A DNA stretch of 64,000 bases from an uncultured Chloroflexia bacterium (GCA_963698505.1 CAVORC010000052.1:4294-68293); one strand, 5' to 3'. Shown: positions 18,961 through 30,002, counted from the first letter of the stretch. The notes: a model not told the origin generated them from the letters alone. Translations and numbers: made by a program.

Positions 18961-20748
18961 ACACCGAGTCGTCGATGCTGATGCGGCCCTCTTGCTCGGC
19001 TGCCGACCGGCGCTCGTCGTACCACTCGGCGAAGGCCGTCTGCCTGACGATGGCGGCAGCGTCGGCGTCGAGCGGCCGGGTGGCTTCGTCCTGCAGCTGA
19101 TAGATGCGGTATCCGTCGCCGGTATCGACCGGCTGACTGATCTCGCCGGGCTCGATGATGGTGATCGCCATGCAGCGTGAGGTCGTCCAGCTGGTCGGTG
19201 CGCTGCCAGCCGATCTCGCCGCCCTCGTCGGCCTCGGCCCCGTCGGAGTACTCGGCGGCCACGGTGGCGAAGTCGGCGCCGTCCTCTGCCAGCGCCGCCT
19301 GCACGGCGGCGACGCGCTCGGCCACTGGGGCTCGCGTCTCCTCGAACATGATCACGTGCCAGCCGAAGTCGGTGCGCACCGGGCCGATGATGTCGCCACG
19401 CTGCGGGTCCTCGGCATCGAAGATGGCCGCGGCGAACTCGGGCACCATCGCGTCGCGGGTGAAGTAGCCCAGGTCGCCACCACGGGCGCCGCTGGTGGTG
19501 TCGTCGCTGTCGAGCCGGGCCCGGGCAGCGAAGGCCTCCATGCGGGCGTCGACGTCCTCCACGCTGCGCGCCAGGGTCGCCACGGCCTCGGCCTCCTGGC
19601 GCGCCGCCTCCCAGGCCGGATCGTCCGCCGGCAGGTCGGCCAGGTCGGTGGGGTTGCCCTCCTCGTCGAGCGGGGTCTCCGGCTGGTACAGGATGTGGCT
19701 GGCGCGGACGTCACCCTCGTCCGACTCGGGGTCGGCGAAGGGATTGCCCTCGATGTAGATCTCGGCCAGCTTGACCTGCTCGTACTCGGCCGCGAGGGCC
19801 TCCTGCGTGACCTCGTCCTGGAGCTTGGCCGACGGTCGCCTCCAGCTCGACGTTGCGACGATGGACGGACTCGCCGACCTCGTCGTTGACGGCCTCGACG
19901 AAGCCCTCGTCCGCCTCTGCCGGCACGATGGCGGTCACCTTGCCGATGAGCTGCTCGCCGGAGGCAGCCTCGAAGACATCGGTCACCTCGCCTTCCTCCA
20001 GCTCGAAGATGGCGTCCTCCCAGGCCGCGTCGGTGATGTCACCGCGGCTGATGTAGCCGCTGTCGTAGTTGCCCGGTCCATAGGTCTCGGCGAGGGCCTC
20101 CGGGTCACCGCCGGCGCGCCACTCGGCGAGGGCGGCCTCGGCGCGCTCGCGGGCGTCGGCGATGCCGGCGTCGGTGGCGGCCATGCCGGCGGCCTGCTCG
20201 TCGGTGATGACGATGATGGCCTCGACGCGGCGGGCCTCTGGAAGGCCGCCATCGGCCGACACGGCCGCGTCCAGCTCGTCCGCGCTGAGCAGGACGCCGC
20301 GCTCGTCGGCCAGCTGTCCCTGGAAGATGAGATCGACGAGGTCGGCCATGACCTCGGCGGCATCCTGCGGGCTCTCGCTCGCGATGGTGGTCAGGCGGCG
20401 GTTGGCGAGGTCGGAGTCGATGGTGCCGGCGGCGAGAGCGGCACGCACCTGCGTCTCGGCGCGATCCGCGCGGAACGCCTCCAGCTTCTGGCGATCCTCC
20501 CACTCGCCGCGGCCGACCTGCGTGCCGTTGACGTTGGCGAGCGGCTTGAGGTTGCTCTCCCAGAAGCCGTAGGCAAGCCCGGCGATGGCGATGGTGACGA
20601 CGACCACGATGAGCCCGTAGAAGGCCCAGGTGATGTTGCGCGTGCGGCGTGCGTCGTCATCGATGAGACGCCCTCTCGAGTCCGTCGACAGGCGGGTCGA
20701 GATGCGGTCGCGGAGGGACGTGCTTCGGGGGCTGCGTCGGCGAGGTCA
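18953..20748 (-). pseudogene. membrane-anchored SurA/PrsA-like parvulin peptidyl-prolyl isomerase, at least 3 frame changes (about 20665, 19832 and 19170)
   Basis: The TM anchor is ITWAFYGLIVVVVTIAIAGLAYGF. The parvulin core is VRASHILY...GGDLGYFTRDAMVPEFAAAIFDAE..GDIIGPVRTDFGWHVIMFEE. The C-terminal piece AITIIEPGEISQPVDTGDGYRIYQL... is in another frame. The stop overlaps the cysC start by 8 nt. Confidence 0.7.
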
Positions 20749-20882
20749 TGCGGGGACGGTTCTCCGGCTGTTGCAGATGTCGCAGGGCGCGTCACGAGGC
20801 GACGCCGGTGGGGGGACCCGCCGCTGCTGCGCGCTGCCGAAGTCTAGCGCGTCATGACCCTGCCACGCGTGCACGAGCAGGC

Positions 20883-21930
20883 TCAGGCCTCGCCGGACTG
20901 CTCCAGGCGCCAGGCGTACTGCTGCTGGTAGTAGTCGTGCCAGGCTCCGCTCTTGATGGGCTCCCACCAGTCGCGGTGCGCGGCATACCAGTCGATGGTC
21001 TGCGCGATGCCCTCCTCGAAGGCCACGCGCGGCCGCCAGCCGAGCTGCCTGCAGGCGCGACCCATCGAGCGCGTAGCGCCGATCGTGGCCGGGCCGGTCG
21101 GGCACCGTCCGCACCAGCGACCAGGGCTTGCCCAGGTGCTGCAGGATCGCCTCGGTGACGGCGCGGTTGGGCCGCTCCACGCCGTCACCGGGGATGTTGT
21201 AGGTCTCGCCGGCCACGCCCCGATCGAGCACCACCCCCACGCCGTCGGCATGGTCGCTCACGAAGAGCCAGTCACGTCGCTGCATGCCATCGCCGTACAT
21301 CGGCAGCAGCTCATCGTCGAGGGCATTGGTGACGAACAGCGGGATGAGCTTCTCGGGGAACTGGTGGGGCCCGTAGGTGTTGGCTCCCCGCGTGATGACG
21401 GTGTCGAGGCCGTGCGTCTCGTGATACGCCGCGACGAGGTGCTCACCGGCCGCCTTGGCCGCGCTGTAGGGGCTGGTCGGCCGCAGCGGGTCGGACTCCA
21501 CCGAGCGGCCCTGCGGCACGGGCCCGTAGACCTCGTCGGTCGAGACCTGCAGCAGGCGGAAGGCACCACCCCGCTGATCGTGCTCGGCACGGGCGGCTTC
21601 CAGCAGGGCGTAGACGCCCATGACGCCGGTGCGCAGGAAGGCGCTGGGCTCCAGGATGGAGCGGTCGACGTGCGACTCGGCAGCGAAGTTGACGATGGCA
21701 TCGCAGTCGGCCGCCAGCTGGCGCATCAGGGGTTCGTCGGCGATGTCGCCCTCGACGAAGCGGTAGCGCTCACGCGTGGCCGGGTCCTCGGCCAGGCCGG
21801 CCAGGTTGGCGGGGTTGCCGGCGTAGGTGAGCTTGTCCACGACGGTGATCCGGTCGGCCGTGGTCGCCAGGCGTCGGCGCACGAACGTCGAGCCGATGAA
21901 GCCGGCGCCGCCGGTGACCAGGATCCTCAT
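20883..21930 (-). pseudogene. rmlB: dTDP-glucose 4,6-dehydratase RmlB, one frame change near 21045-21052
   Basis: Shows MRILVTGGAGFIGS, STDEVYG and PYSAAKAAGE (YxxxK). After ...RYALDGSRLQ the frame turns Ala/Arg-rich. The frame of ORF 20883..21251 gives QLGWRPRVAFEEGIAQTIDWYAAHRDWW. Confidence 0.85.
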
Positions 21931-22893
21931 GCCGAACCTCCGTCGCGGTACGCGGGAAACGTCGGGCTGCCGGTCGAGCCCGCCTGCGTGGAGAGCTCAT
22001 CGTAGGCGACGCGGTCGATGACGCGGCCGCAGCGCCAGGACGGCAGCGTCCGCTCCGTCCAGCCGCTCATGAAGCGAGCGGCGTCCTCGGCGCCGGCCGC
22101 GTCCGAGGCGTCGGCGACGCCCAGGTCGAGCCGATGCAGGCCGCGACCGGCCATGTCCTCCGCGACGGCCGCGTAGAGCGCGTAGGACGCGCCCAGCTCG
22201 TCGCCGCGCGCGCTGCCGGCGACCTGGTGGAGGTGCGCGTCCTCGCCGGCCAGGTAGACGACGGCCATGGCGACCGGTCCGTCTTCGGCAAGCGCGGTGA
22301 TGCCGACGCAGCCGGGCACGGCCAGCCGACGCTCCAGCGCCGTCCGCGAGAGCACACGGTCACCGGCGTCGGCAGGTCCGCCGGGACTGTCTGGGCCACC
22401 GGGGCGAGGACGCAGCGCGGCCCAGTCGTCGAGACGCCTCGCGGGTGCTTCCTCGATGTCGATCTCCAGCCGCTGCAGCGCCCGCCGGGCCGCACGGCGG
22501 TGGTCCCGTGCCGGCCAGAACGAGGGCAGGTCGACGACGAAGTGCTGGGCCTCCACGCGCACGACGTCGGGGAAGGCCTCGCGCAGCGTGGTCTCGCCGA
22601 CCTGCGCAAGGGGGTCGCTGCGGGCCGTCACGCTGACCACGTCGGCCAGGGCCGCGGTCTCGGCGAGGTCGTCGGCCAGCCCGCTGGGGTCGCGGCAGAC
22701 GAGCAGGGGCATGCCGACCTGGGCGTCGACGACGGGCGCTGCCGGGGATGGGCCGCGTGAGCAGCCAGGCACCGCTGCGGCGCAGATGGCGCACCTCGCC
22801 CAGCTCCACGTGCGCCTCGGCATACCCGGGATGGAGGTAGCCGTAGCGTCCCGCCGCCTCGAACAGGTCGTCGATCCCGAGGAGCTCGTCCAT
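21927..22893 (-). pseudogene. FemAB/CelD-like GNAT-fold acyltransferase (tentative), one frame change near 22735-22750
   Basis: The N-terminus MDELLGIDDLFEAAGRYGYLHPGYAE... lies in ORF 22360..22893. The rest (..VVYLAGEDAHLHQVAGSARGDELGASYALYAAVAEDMAGRGLHRLDLG..ARFMSGW) lies in ORF 21927..23099. The stop overlaps the rmlB ATG (ATGA). Confidence 0.45.
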
Positions 22894-24283
22894 CTAGCCG
22901 CCGTCGGGCCGACCGTGAAGAGCCCGGTCGTCGGCGCCGGCACCCTGCGTGTCCGTGTCGGCGACCAGCGCCGGCACCTCGGCGAGCGCCACGTCCCGGG
23001 CGAAGAGGCGCAGCAGCAGCACCAGCAGGCGCTCAGCGGGATCGTGACTGCGTCGCTCGAGCAGGGTCGCCTGGCGGACCCAGAGGATGGGCCGGCCACG
23101 CAGTCGGCGGGCCAGCAGGCCGCCGGTCAGCATGGCGATGCTGCCGACCCGACGAGCCGCTGGCGAGCCGCGCGCAGGGTCGAGCTGACCCTTCACGCCA
23201 AGGAACACCAGATGGCGCTGGCGCTGCTGTGCGCGAGCGGTGCAGGGCACGGGACGCACCACGACCAGATCGCGCCGGGCGAGCTCCAGCAGCAGGTCCT
23301 CGTTGCTGGGACCGACGGCGGCGCCGCCGGGCAGGATGGCCACCTCGCCCGCGGCGGTGGCGGCACCCTCGTAGCCGTGTCGGCGCAGGTATGCGGCCAG
23401 GTGCAGCCCGGCGAACCGTTGCGTATCTGCCGACATCTCCCGCTGCCAGCGACCGACGCTGCTGCTGTTGAGCGGCCCGGACACGCCCTCCTTCCACCAT
23501 TCGTGCGCGGCGGCCACGTTGGCGGCCGTGCCGCGAGCGTCGAGCATGCCCGGCTCGTAGTCCTCGCCGAGGAACTGGCAGATGCGACGCAGCTCGCGCT
23601 CGGGCTCGGTCACGAGGTCTTCGTAGCGCAGCGTCATGGCGCGCGGGTCAGCGCTCGAGGCGCTGGCGCGCGATGCGGTCATCGTGGTCGACACGGACGA
23701 GGTTCCCGACCACCGAATCCTTGGCGAAGGGCATGCGCGCCAGCGACAGGGCCACGTCGCGCGGATCGCGCACGATGCGGATGACCCGCGCAGCCGGCCA
23801 GTGGCGCCACAGCGCGTCGGTCATCAGCAGGTGCCGGGGCGTCTTCTCCATCCAGCGGGCCTTGCCTGCTGCGCGCGCGTGCGACACGGTCAACGACTCC
23901 AGCATCGCGGCCAGGGAGGGTGGGCGATCGGCGAGGTGATCGCGGACCTGGGCCAGCGTCAGGCCGAAGAGCTCGTTGACGGGGTGTCCCTGGTTGCGCA
24001 GCGAGCGCGACGAACTCGACGGCCGGGTCAGGCCACAGCGCAGGATCGAGGAGGCGTGCGCGAGCAGCGCTGTCGAGGTGTCGGTAGCGAGCGAAGAAGC
24101 GCGACTCGGGGCCGCAGTCCAGCCGCGAGTGGGCCGAGAGCATGGCCGCCAGCAGCGTCGTGCCCGAGCGGGCGATGCCGACGATGAAGACCGGGGCATC
24201 GGCCTGCGGGGCACGGGCGACCCCGGCGACGGGGTGGCGACAGGGGCGGCGGGGACCGCGGGGCCGGGGGGTGCTTCAGTCAT
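22894..24283 (-). pseudogene. sulfotransferase-family protein, paralog 1, with a conserved C-terminal extension; about 3 frame changes (about 24195, 24000 and 23648)
   Basis: The PAPS-binding 5'-PSB-like motif is PVFIVGIARSGTTLL and the 3'-PB-like motif is RIVRDPRDVALS. RYEDLV...ICQFLG follows. It is collinear with paralog 2 when read across three frames. Confidence 0.7.
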
Positions 24284-25661
24284 GGCGATGGTGCGTCGGA
24301 GCAGGCGGACATCGGCACCGACGAGCGCGGGCAGGTCCTGCGCCTCCATCGAGGTCGCCAGCAGCTGCAGCAGGCGCGCCACGAAGCGCTCGCCGCCATC
24401 GCGGGGATGGCGACGGATGAGGCTGAGGCGGCGGACCCAGACCACCGGGCGACCCTGCAGGCGTCGTGTCAGCAGCAGCAGCGCGAGCCGGCCGATGTCG
24501 ACGACGCGCCGACCGGCTCGGACGACCACGACCGGGGTCGAGCTGCCCGACGACGCCGAAGAACACCAGCGGATGCTGCAGGTGCAGCTCTTCGATGGTG
24601 GCCGGGATGGGGCGGCGGACCGCGACGTCGGCCGCGGCCAGTCGGAGCAGCACGTCGTCGTACTTCGCGTTGAGGGCGTCGCCGGCGGGCACGATGGCCA
24701 GCCTGCGCGCCGCCGGTGCCGGCTCCCCGTAGCCGTGCTCCTGCAGCATCGGACCCAGGTTCAGCGCGGCGTAGTGCTGCACCTCGGGGGGCATCTCCTG
24801 CTGCCAGCGACCGGAGCGCGATCGGTCCAGCGGCCCCGTGGCATCGCCCTTCCACCACTCGTGCGCCGCCGCCACTCCGCTCGCGCCACCCCGATCGGAG
24901 ACCATGCCCGGCTCGAACGCGACGCCCACGAAGTCGCAGATGCGCTGCAGCTCCTGCTCGGGCGCAGCCACCAGGTCCTCGTAGCGCACCGTCAGCGCCT
25001 GGTCCGACTCGCGGTAGAAGTCGGCCGCTGCCTCGTTCATGCGCGCCAGCACGGACAGGTTGGTCAGCAGCGACGGCGTGCCGAAGGGCACCTTGGTGAG
25101 CGACACGGCCGCGTCGCGAGGATCGCGCACGATGCGCACGATGCGGGCATGCGGCCAGGTCTCGACGATGAGCTCGGGAACCTCCAGGTGGCGCGGCGTC
25201 TTCTCCACCCAGCGGGGCACGCCGGCACGCTGGGCACGTTGCGCGGTGAGCGCCTCGAGCATCGAGGCCAGCGATGGGGGGCGCGCGGCCAGCCAGCTGC
25301 GCACGTCCTCTCGGGTGAGGCCGTACATGGGGTAGACCGGCTGCTTGCCCAGCGCCAGCGCGGTCACGTAGGCCGTCGCCCGCGCAGGCCAGTCGGCCGG
25401 GTCGAGGATGCGCGCACGCTCACGCTGGCCCAGGCGCGCCCAGCGCGAAAGGACGTGTGTCTCCGGCCCGCAGTCGAATGCCGAGTGCGCCGCCAGCATG
25501 GCCGACAGCAGCGTGGTGCCGGAGCGCGGGCCACCCACGACGAAGACGGGCTGAGAGGTCGGGTCGGTCACCGAGGCGACTCTATCAGGGCCGGACCGGC
25601 TGCGAGGCCACGCGCGGCGTGGGGAGATGCCGCCGCTTCTGCTACCGTCTAGGCCGTCCAT
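24276..25661 (-). pseudogene. sulfotransferase-family protein, paralog 2; frame change near 24535-24545, and the 3' end is uncertain
   Basis: Shows PVFVVGGPRSGTTLL, RIVRDPRDAAVS, RYEDLVAAPEQELQRICDFVG and HEWWKGDATGPLDRSRSGRWQQEM. The C-terminal domain continues in the frame of ORF 23648..24529 (VVDIGRLALLLLTRRLQGRPVVWVRR...). Confidence 0.7.
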
Positions 25662-26616
25662 GGGAGTCGTCAACGAGGCACCTGCTGCGTTCCGCAGCAG
25701 CAACGATCGGCCCGGTCCGGTCGCCCTCATCCGAAACGCTGTCACCGACGTCTGGTCACGCCGTCGGCTGATTCGCTATATGGTCCGCGCCGACGTCAAG
25801 AAGCGCGGCGTCAACACCGTGCTGGGCAACGTCTGGTGGGTGCTCGATCCGCTCATCACGATGCTCATCTACGTGCTCGTGATGACGGTCATCTTCCAGC
25901 GCTCGACACCTGACTTCCCACTCTTCCTGCTGAGCGCGATGGTGCCCTTCAAGTGGTTCACCGCCACCGTCGGCAGCTCGACCAAGGCGGTCATCGGCAA
26001 CGAGGGGCTCATCAAGCAGGTCAACTTCCCCAAGATCATCCTGCCGGTCACCATGACGCTGAGCCAGATCGTGAGCTTCCTGTTCGGCATGGGCGTGCTG
26101 CTGTTCGTCTGGCTCTTCGTCTACACCGACCACGTCACCTGGCAGGTGGTCTGGATCCCCCTGATCGCGGTGGTGCAGTACGTCTTCGTGCTGGGCCTCA
26201 CCTTCATGGTCTCGGCGGTCACCGTGTTCTACCGCGACGTCGGCATCATCATCGGCCACTTCATGCGCCTGCTCTTCTGGATCTCGCCCATCCTGTGGTC
26301 GTTCATGGAGGTCGCGGGTCGCGGCCGGCGCCTGCAGCAGGGCCTCGAGGGAGTGGAGAACGCGCTGGGCCTGCCGGCGGGTGTCCTCTTCGGCCTGATC
26401 TCGCTCAACCCCATGTCCATCCTGATGGAGTCGTACCGCAAGGTGGTCTACGGCCACCTCACCATCGACCCGCTGACCGACGAGCTCATCTGGACGCCTG
26501 CCACGCTGCCTGACTTCCAGGTCCTGTCGATCATCTTCGTCGCCGGCGTGGTCATCACCATCATCGGCACGGTCATCTTCCAGCGGCTCGCGCCCGCCTT
26601 CGCCAAGGTCCTGTGA
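25660..26616 (+). CDS. ABC-2 type polysaccharide/teichoic-acid export permease (Wzm/TagG-like)
   Basis: Shows RRLIRYMVRADVKKRGVNTVLGNVWWVLDPLITML followed by six TM segments. The stop overlaps the ATPase start by 4 nt. The start is uncertain (ATG 25660 within a CCATGG). Confidence 0.85.
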   Translation: MGVVNEAPAAFRSSNDRPGPVALIRNAVTDVWSRRRLIRYMVRADVKKRGVNTVLGNVWWVLDPLITMLIYVLVMTVIFQRSTPDFPLFLLSAMVPFKWFTATVGSSTKAVIGNEGLIKQVNFPKIILPVTMTLSQIVSFLFGMGVLLFVWLFVYTDHVTWQVVWIPLIAVVQYVFVLGLTFMVSAVTVFYRDVGIIIGHFMRLLFWISPILWSFMEVAGRGRRLQQGLEGVENALGLPAGVLFGLISLNPMSILMESYRKVVYGHLTIDPLTDELIWTPATLPDFQVLSIIFVAGVVITIIGTVIFQRLAPAFAKVL

Positions 26617-27860
26617 TGACCCAGCAGAAGAGCAGAGCGGGCCGCAAGGCTAACGCCAGGTCACTCGACCCCCGGTTCGACGGGCTGCTCGACGCGGAGA
26701 TCCTCGACGCGCTCGGAGAGGACGAGTCCGCTGCGCCCGACCCAAGGGAGTTCGGCCTGCACGTGCCGGCGCCCACCGGTGAGGTCGCCCTGCGTGCCAC
26801 GAACCTGGGCATCCGCTACAACCTCAACTTCAGCAAGAAGACGAAGCTGCATACGACGTTCGCCAACATGCTCGACCCGCGTCGTCGTCGCCGGGGCCAC
26901 TTCTGGGCCCTCCGAGGCGTGGACCTGGAGGTCAGGCGCGGCGAGGCCGTCGGCATCATCGGCCCCAACGGCTCGGGCAAGTCGACCATCCTGATGGCCC
27001 TGGCCGGCATCCTCCAGCCCTCCGAGGGCGTGGTCGAGATCGATGGTCATGTGTCGACGCTGCTGAGCCTCCAGGCGGGCTTCGATGCCGAGCTGACCGG
27101 CCGCGAGAACATCACCCTGGCTGGTGCGCTCATGGGCATCGACCACGAGACGATGCGGCAGATCACGCCCGATATCGTCCGCTTCGCCAACATCGGCGCC
27201 TTCATCAACGCGCCCATGAAGACCTACTCCTCGGGCATGCGTGCCCGCGTCGGGTTCGCCATCGCCACCGCGGTCGATCCCGACATCCTGCTGCTCGACG
27301 AGGTGCTGGGCACCGGTGACAACAAGTTCAAGAAGAAGTCGAAGAAGCGTATCGCCGAGGTGCTCCGCTCAGCCAAGGCCGTCGTCATGGTGACCCACGA
27401 CATGAGCTGGATCAAGACGTTCTGCACCCGGGCCGTGCTGATGGACCGGGGCCAGATCGTGGCCGATGGTGACCCGCTGGAGATCGTCGAGCTGCATGAG
27501 CACGGTGCCGAGAAGCGCAAGGTCGCGAAGCGCCACGCCAAGCAGCTGGTGAAGCACGGCGTCCTGGAGACGGACGCCGTCAAGCAGGCCATCCGCGAGG
27601 GCACCATCGAGGACCTGGTCGACGCGAACGAGGAGGCGCTCGCCTCCATCAAGGCCGAGAAAGCCAGGCGACGCGAGGCCAGGCAGGCCGCCAAGGCCGC
27701 GGCGGCAGCTGCTGTCGCCGAGCCGAGGCGCCGAGGCTGGGGCCACCGAGCCGGGGTCGCTGAGCCGGGGTCAGTGAGCCCGCGGCCGCCGTGCCGGAAC
27801 AGGCGCAGACCGTCCCACCCGCGCCTCGCTGACCGCCGACGCTGCTACCGGCCGCGGTAG
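26613..27860 (+). CDS. ABC-2 exporter ATP-binding protein (Wzt/TagH-like)
   Basis: Walker A is GPNGSGKST, the signature is YSSGMRARV and Walker B is ILLLDEVL. A charged helical C-terminal tail follows. The last about 45 codons are Arg/Pro-rich and may be out of frame. Confidence 0.85.
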   Translation: MMTQQKSRAGRKANARSLDPRFDGLLDAEILDALGEDESAAPDPREFGLHVPAPTGEVALRATNLGIRYNLNFSKKTKLHTTFANMLDPRRRRRGHFWALRGVDLEVRRGEAVGIIGPNGSGKSTILMALAGILQPSEGVVEIDGHVSTLLSLQAGFDAELTGRENITLAGALMGIDHETMRQITPDIVRFANIGAFINAPMKTYSSGMRARVGFAIATAVDPDILLLDEVLGTGDNKFKKKSKKRIAEVLRSAKAVVMVTHDMSWIKTFCTRAVLMDRGQIVADGDPLEIVELHEHGAEKRKVAKRHAKQLVKHGVLETDAVKQAIREGTIEDLVDANEEALASIKAEKARRREARQAAKAAAAAAVAEPRRRGWGHRAGVAEPGSVSPRPPCRNRRRPSHPRLADRRRCYRPR

Positions 27861-28900
27861 AGCTTCGCCGTCTCGGCCGCGATCGGTCCCCAGTCCATGC
27901 TGTCGGCCCAGGCGCGCCCGCGCTCGCCCATCGCCCGCAGGTCGGCACGTGAGGCGGTCCGCAGCGCATCGCGCAGCCCATCGCGCGCGTCGGGGTCGTA
28001 GAGGATGGTGGCGTCGCCCGGGAGCGTCCCGGGCAGGCAGCCCATCGCCGGCGCGATGACGGGCCTGCCGTGACTCAGGGCCAGGATGGCGCTGCCGGAG
28101 GTGAGGATGTCGCGGAACGGCAGCACCACCGCATCGGCCGCACGCAGGATGGCCGACAGGTCCTCTTCCGGGATGCGCTCCAGCCGCAGCACGATGCGCG
28201 GGTCCGACACCGCTCGCGACTCCAGCTCCCGCCCGAGCTTCCGCGGCAGCGGCTTGCCGCAGATGAGCAGTCGATCCTGTGGGCCCAGCGTGGCCACGCG
28301 GCCGAAGGCATCGAGCAGCTCGCCCACGTTCTTGTAGCCGCGGATCGAGCCGACGAAGGCGAAGACGCGACTCTCCGCGGGCAGCCCCAGGGACGCTCGC
28401 GCCGCGACCGGGTCGGCGTCCACGTCGTACTGGCGCACGTAGTTGCCGTGCGGCAGCACGTGCATCCGCTCACGCGCACCGGCGCTGGGCGCGTAGCGCG
28501 CGATGAGCGCCTCGCGGGCCATCTCGCAGTGCAGGATGATGGCGTCCGCCCGTTCGATGAGCACGCGGTGGGCCCGGGCGTCGCGGGGGTCCTCGCCGGC
28601 TTCGTGCCCCTTGATGTTGTGGACCGTCCAGATGATGCGGACGCCGCGCGCCCGCAGGAGGCGCAACTGCCACTCGAACCAGCGCAGGTTGCGAGCGCTG
28701 GGCGTGCCGCGGCTGCCGCCGAGGAACTCGTGGACCCAGTGGAGGTGCACGACGTCCGGCCGGCCCTGTGCCCACCACGCACCCAGGATGGCGCGCCGTT
28801 CGGGCCACTCGTGGACAGCCACGGCATCCACGCCGGCCTCTGTCAGGGCCGCCGCCAGCAGCCGCTGATAGGGGTTCCACTCGTACGAGGGCAGCAGCAT
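27845..28900 (-). CDS. GT4-family (GT-B) glycosyltransferase
   Basis: The C-terminal half has the GT-B retaining pattern ...FVGSIRGYKNVGELLDAF...LLICG...AADAVVLPF...TSGSAILALSHGRPVIA. ATG at 28900 lies downstream of the wecB stop. Confidence 0.75.
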   Translation of the reverse strand: MLLPSYEWNPYQRLLAAALTEAGVDAVAVHEWPERRAILGAWWAQGRPDVVHLHWVHEFLGGSRGTPSARNLRWFEWQLRLLRARGVRIIWTVHNIKGHEAGEDPRDARAHRVLIERADAIILHCEMAREALIARYAPSAGARERMHVLPHGNYVRQYDVDADPVAARASLGLPAESRVFAFVGSIRGYKNVGELLDAFGRVATLGPQDRLLICGKPLPRKLGRELESRAVSDPRIVLRLERIPEEDLSAILRAADAVVLPFRDILTSGSAILALSHGRPVIAPAMGCLPGTLPGDATILYDPDARDGLRDALRTASRADLRAMGERGRAWADSMDWGPIAAETAKLYRGR

Positions 28901-28931
28901 CGCGCGCAGCGGCTTGCCCGCGCGCTGCTGC

Positions 28932-30002
28932 TCACAGCTGTGCCAGCACCGCGGCGATGCGCTCGCCCGCATGGCCGTCCCAGCCGGGCGGTCCAGCGCC
29001 CGGCCGCGCCTGTGCTCCCGCCAGGGCGTCGTCGAGCGCGGGTGCCAGCGTGTCCGGCGAGACGAGCCGGTTGGTCCCGGCCGTCAGCGTGATGGGCCGC
29101 TCGGTATTGGGTCGCAGCGTCAGGCAGGGAACGTCCAGCACGGTCGTCTCCTCCTGGATGCCGCCCGAGTCGGTGATCACCACCGCCGCGCCACGCACCA
29201 GCGAGATGAAGTCGATGTAGCCCAGCGGCTCTACCACCGTCAGGCCCGCCACCTCGTCGAGACCGGCAGCCGCCAGGGTGGCCCGCCCGCGCGGGTGCAG
29301 CGGCAGGACCAGCGGCAGTCGCGCCGTCGCCTCCTGCAGGGCGCCGACCAGCGCGGCGGCCGCCGCGGCCGAATCGACGTTGGCCGGCCGATGCAGCGTG
29401 GCCACGCCGTAGGGTGCCGCCAGCCCCAGTCGCGCCATCACCGGCCCCGGCTGGAACCGATCGAGGTGCGCCAGCAGCGTGTCGATCATGGGGTTGCCCA
29501 CGAAGACGACGCGATCGCCGCTGATGCCCTCGGCGGCGAGGTTCTGCTCACCCTCCGGCGCGGTCACGAAGAGCGGGTCGCTGAGCAGGTCGGTGACGCG
29601 ACGGTTGACCTCCTCCGGCATGGTGTCGTCGAACGAGCGCAGGCCCGCTTCCACGTGTGCCACCGGGATGAGCAGCTTGGCGCACACGAGCGCCGCCGCC
29701 AGCGTGGAGTTGACGTCGCCATAGACCACCACGCGCTCGGGCTGCTGCGCCAGGAACGCCTCCTCGAGCGCCAGCAGCAGCGCCGCCGTCTGCGCCGCGT
29801 GCGATCCGGAGCCGACGCCGAGGTTGATGTCCGGCTGGGGCAGGCCCAGCTCCTCGAAGAAGACATCGGACATGGCCCGGTCGTAGTGCTGGCCGGTGTG
29901 GACGAGCTGCTGCTCCACGCCCCGCGCGGCAAGGGCGGCGACGACGGGGGCGGCCTTGATGAAGTTGGGTCGCGCACCGACGATGTGGATGAGTCCGGGC
30001 AT
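28932..30002 (-). CDS. wecB: UDP-N-acetylglucosamine 2-epimerase (non-hydrolysing)
   Basis: 356-aa ORF showing HIVGARPNFIKAAPV, HTGQHYD, GSGSHAAQTA, VYGDVNSTLA, HVEAGLRSFD and TDSGGIQEE. Confidence 0.9.
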   Translation of the reverse strand: MPGLIHIVGARPNFIKAAPVVAALAARGVEQQLVHTGQHYDRAMSDVFFEELGLPQPDINLGVGSGSHAAQTAALLLALEEAFLAQQPERVVVYGDVNSTLAAALVCAKLLIPVAHVEAGLRSFDDTMPEEVNRRVTDLLSDPLFVTAPEGEQNLAAEGISGDRVVFVGNPMIDTLLAHLDRFQPGPVMARLGLAAPYGVATLHRPANVDSAAAAAALVGALQEATARLPLVLPLHPRGRATLAAAGLDEVAGLTVVEPLGYIDFISLVRGAAVVITDSGGIQEETTVLDVPCLTLRPNTERPITLTAGTNRLVSPDTLAPALDDALAGAQARPGAGPPGWDGHAGERIAAVLAQL

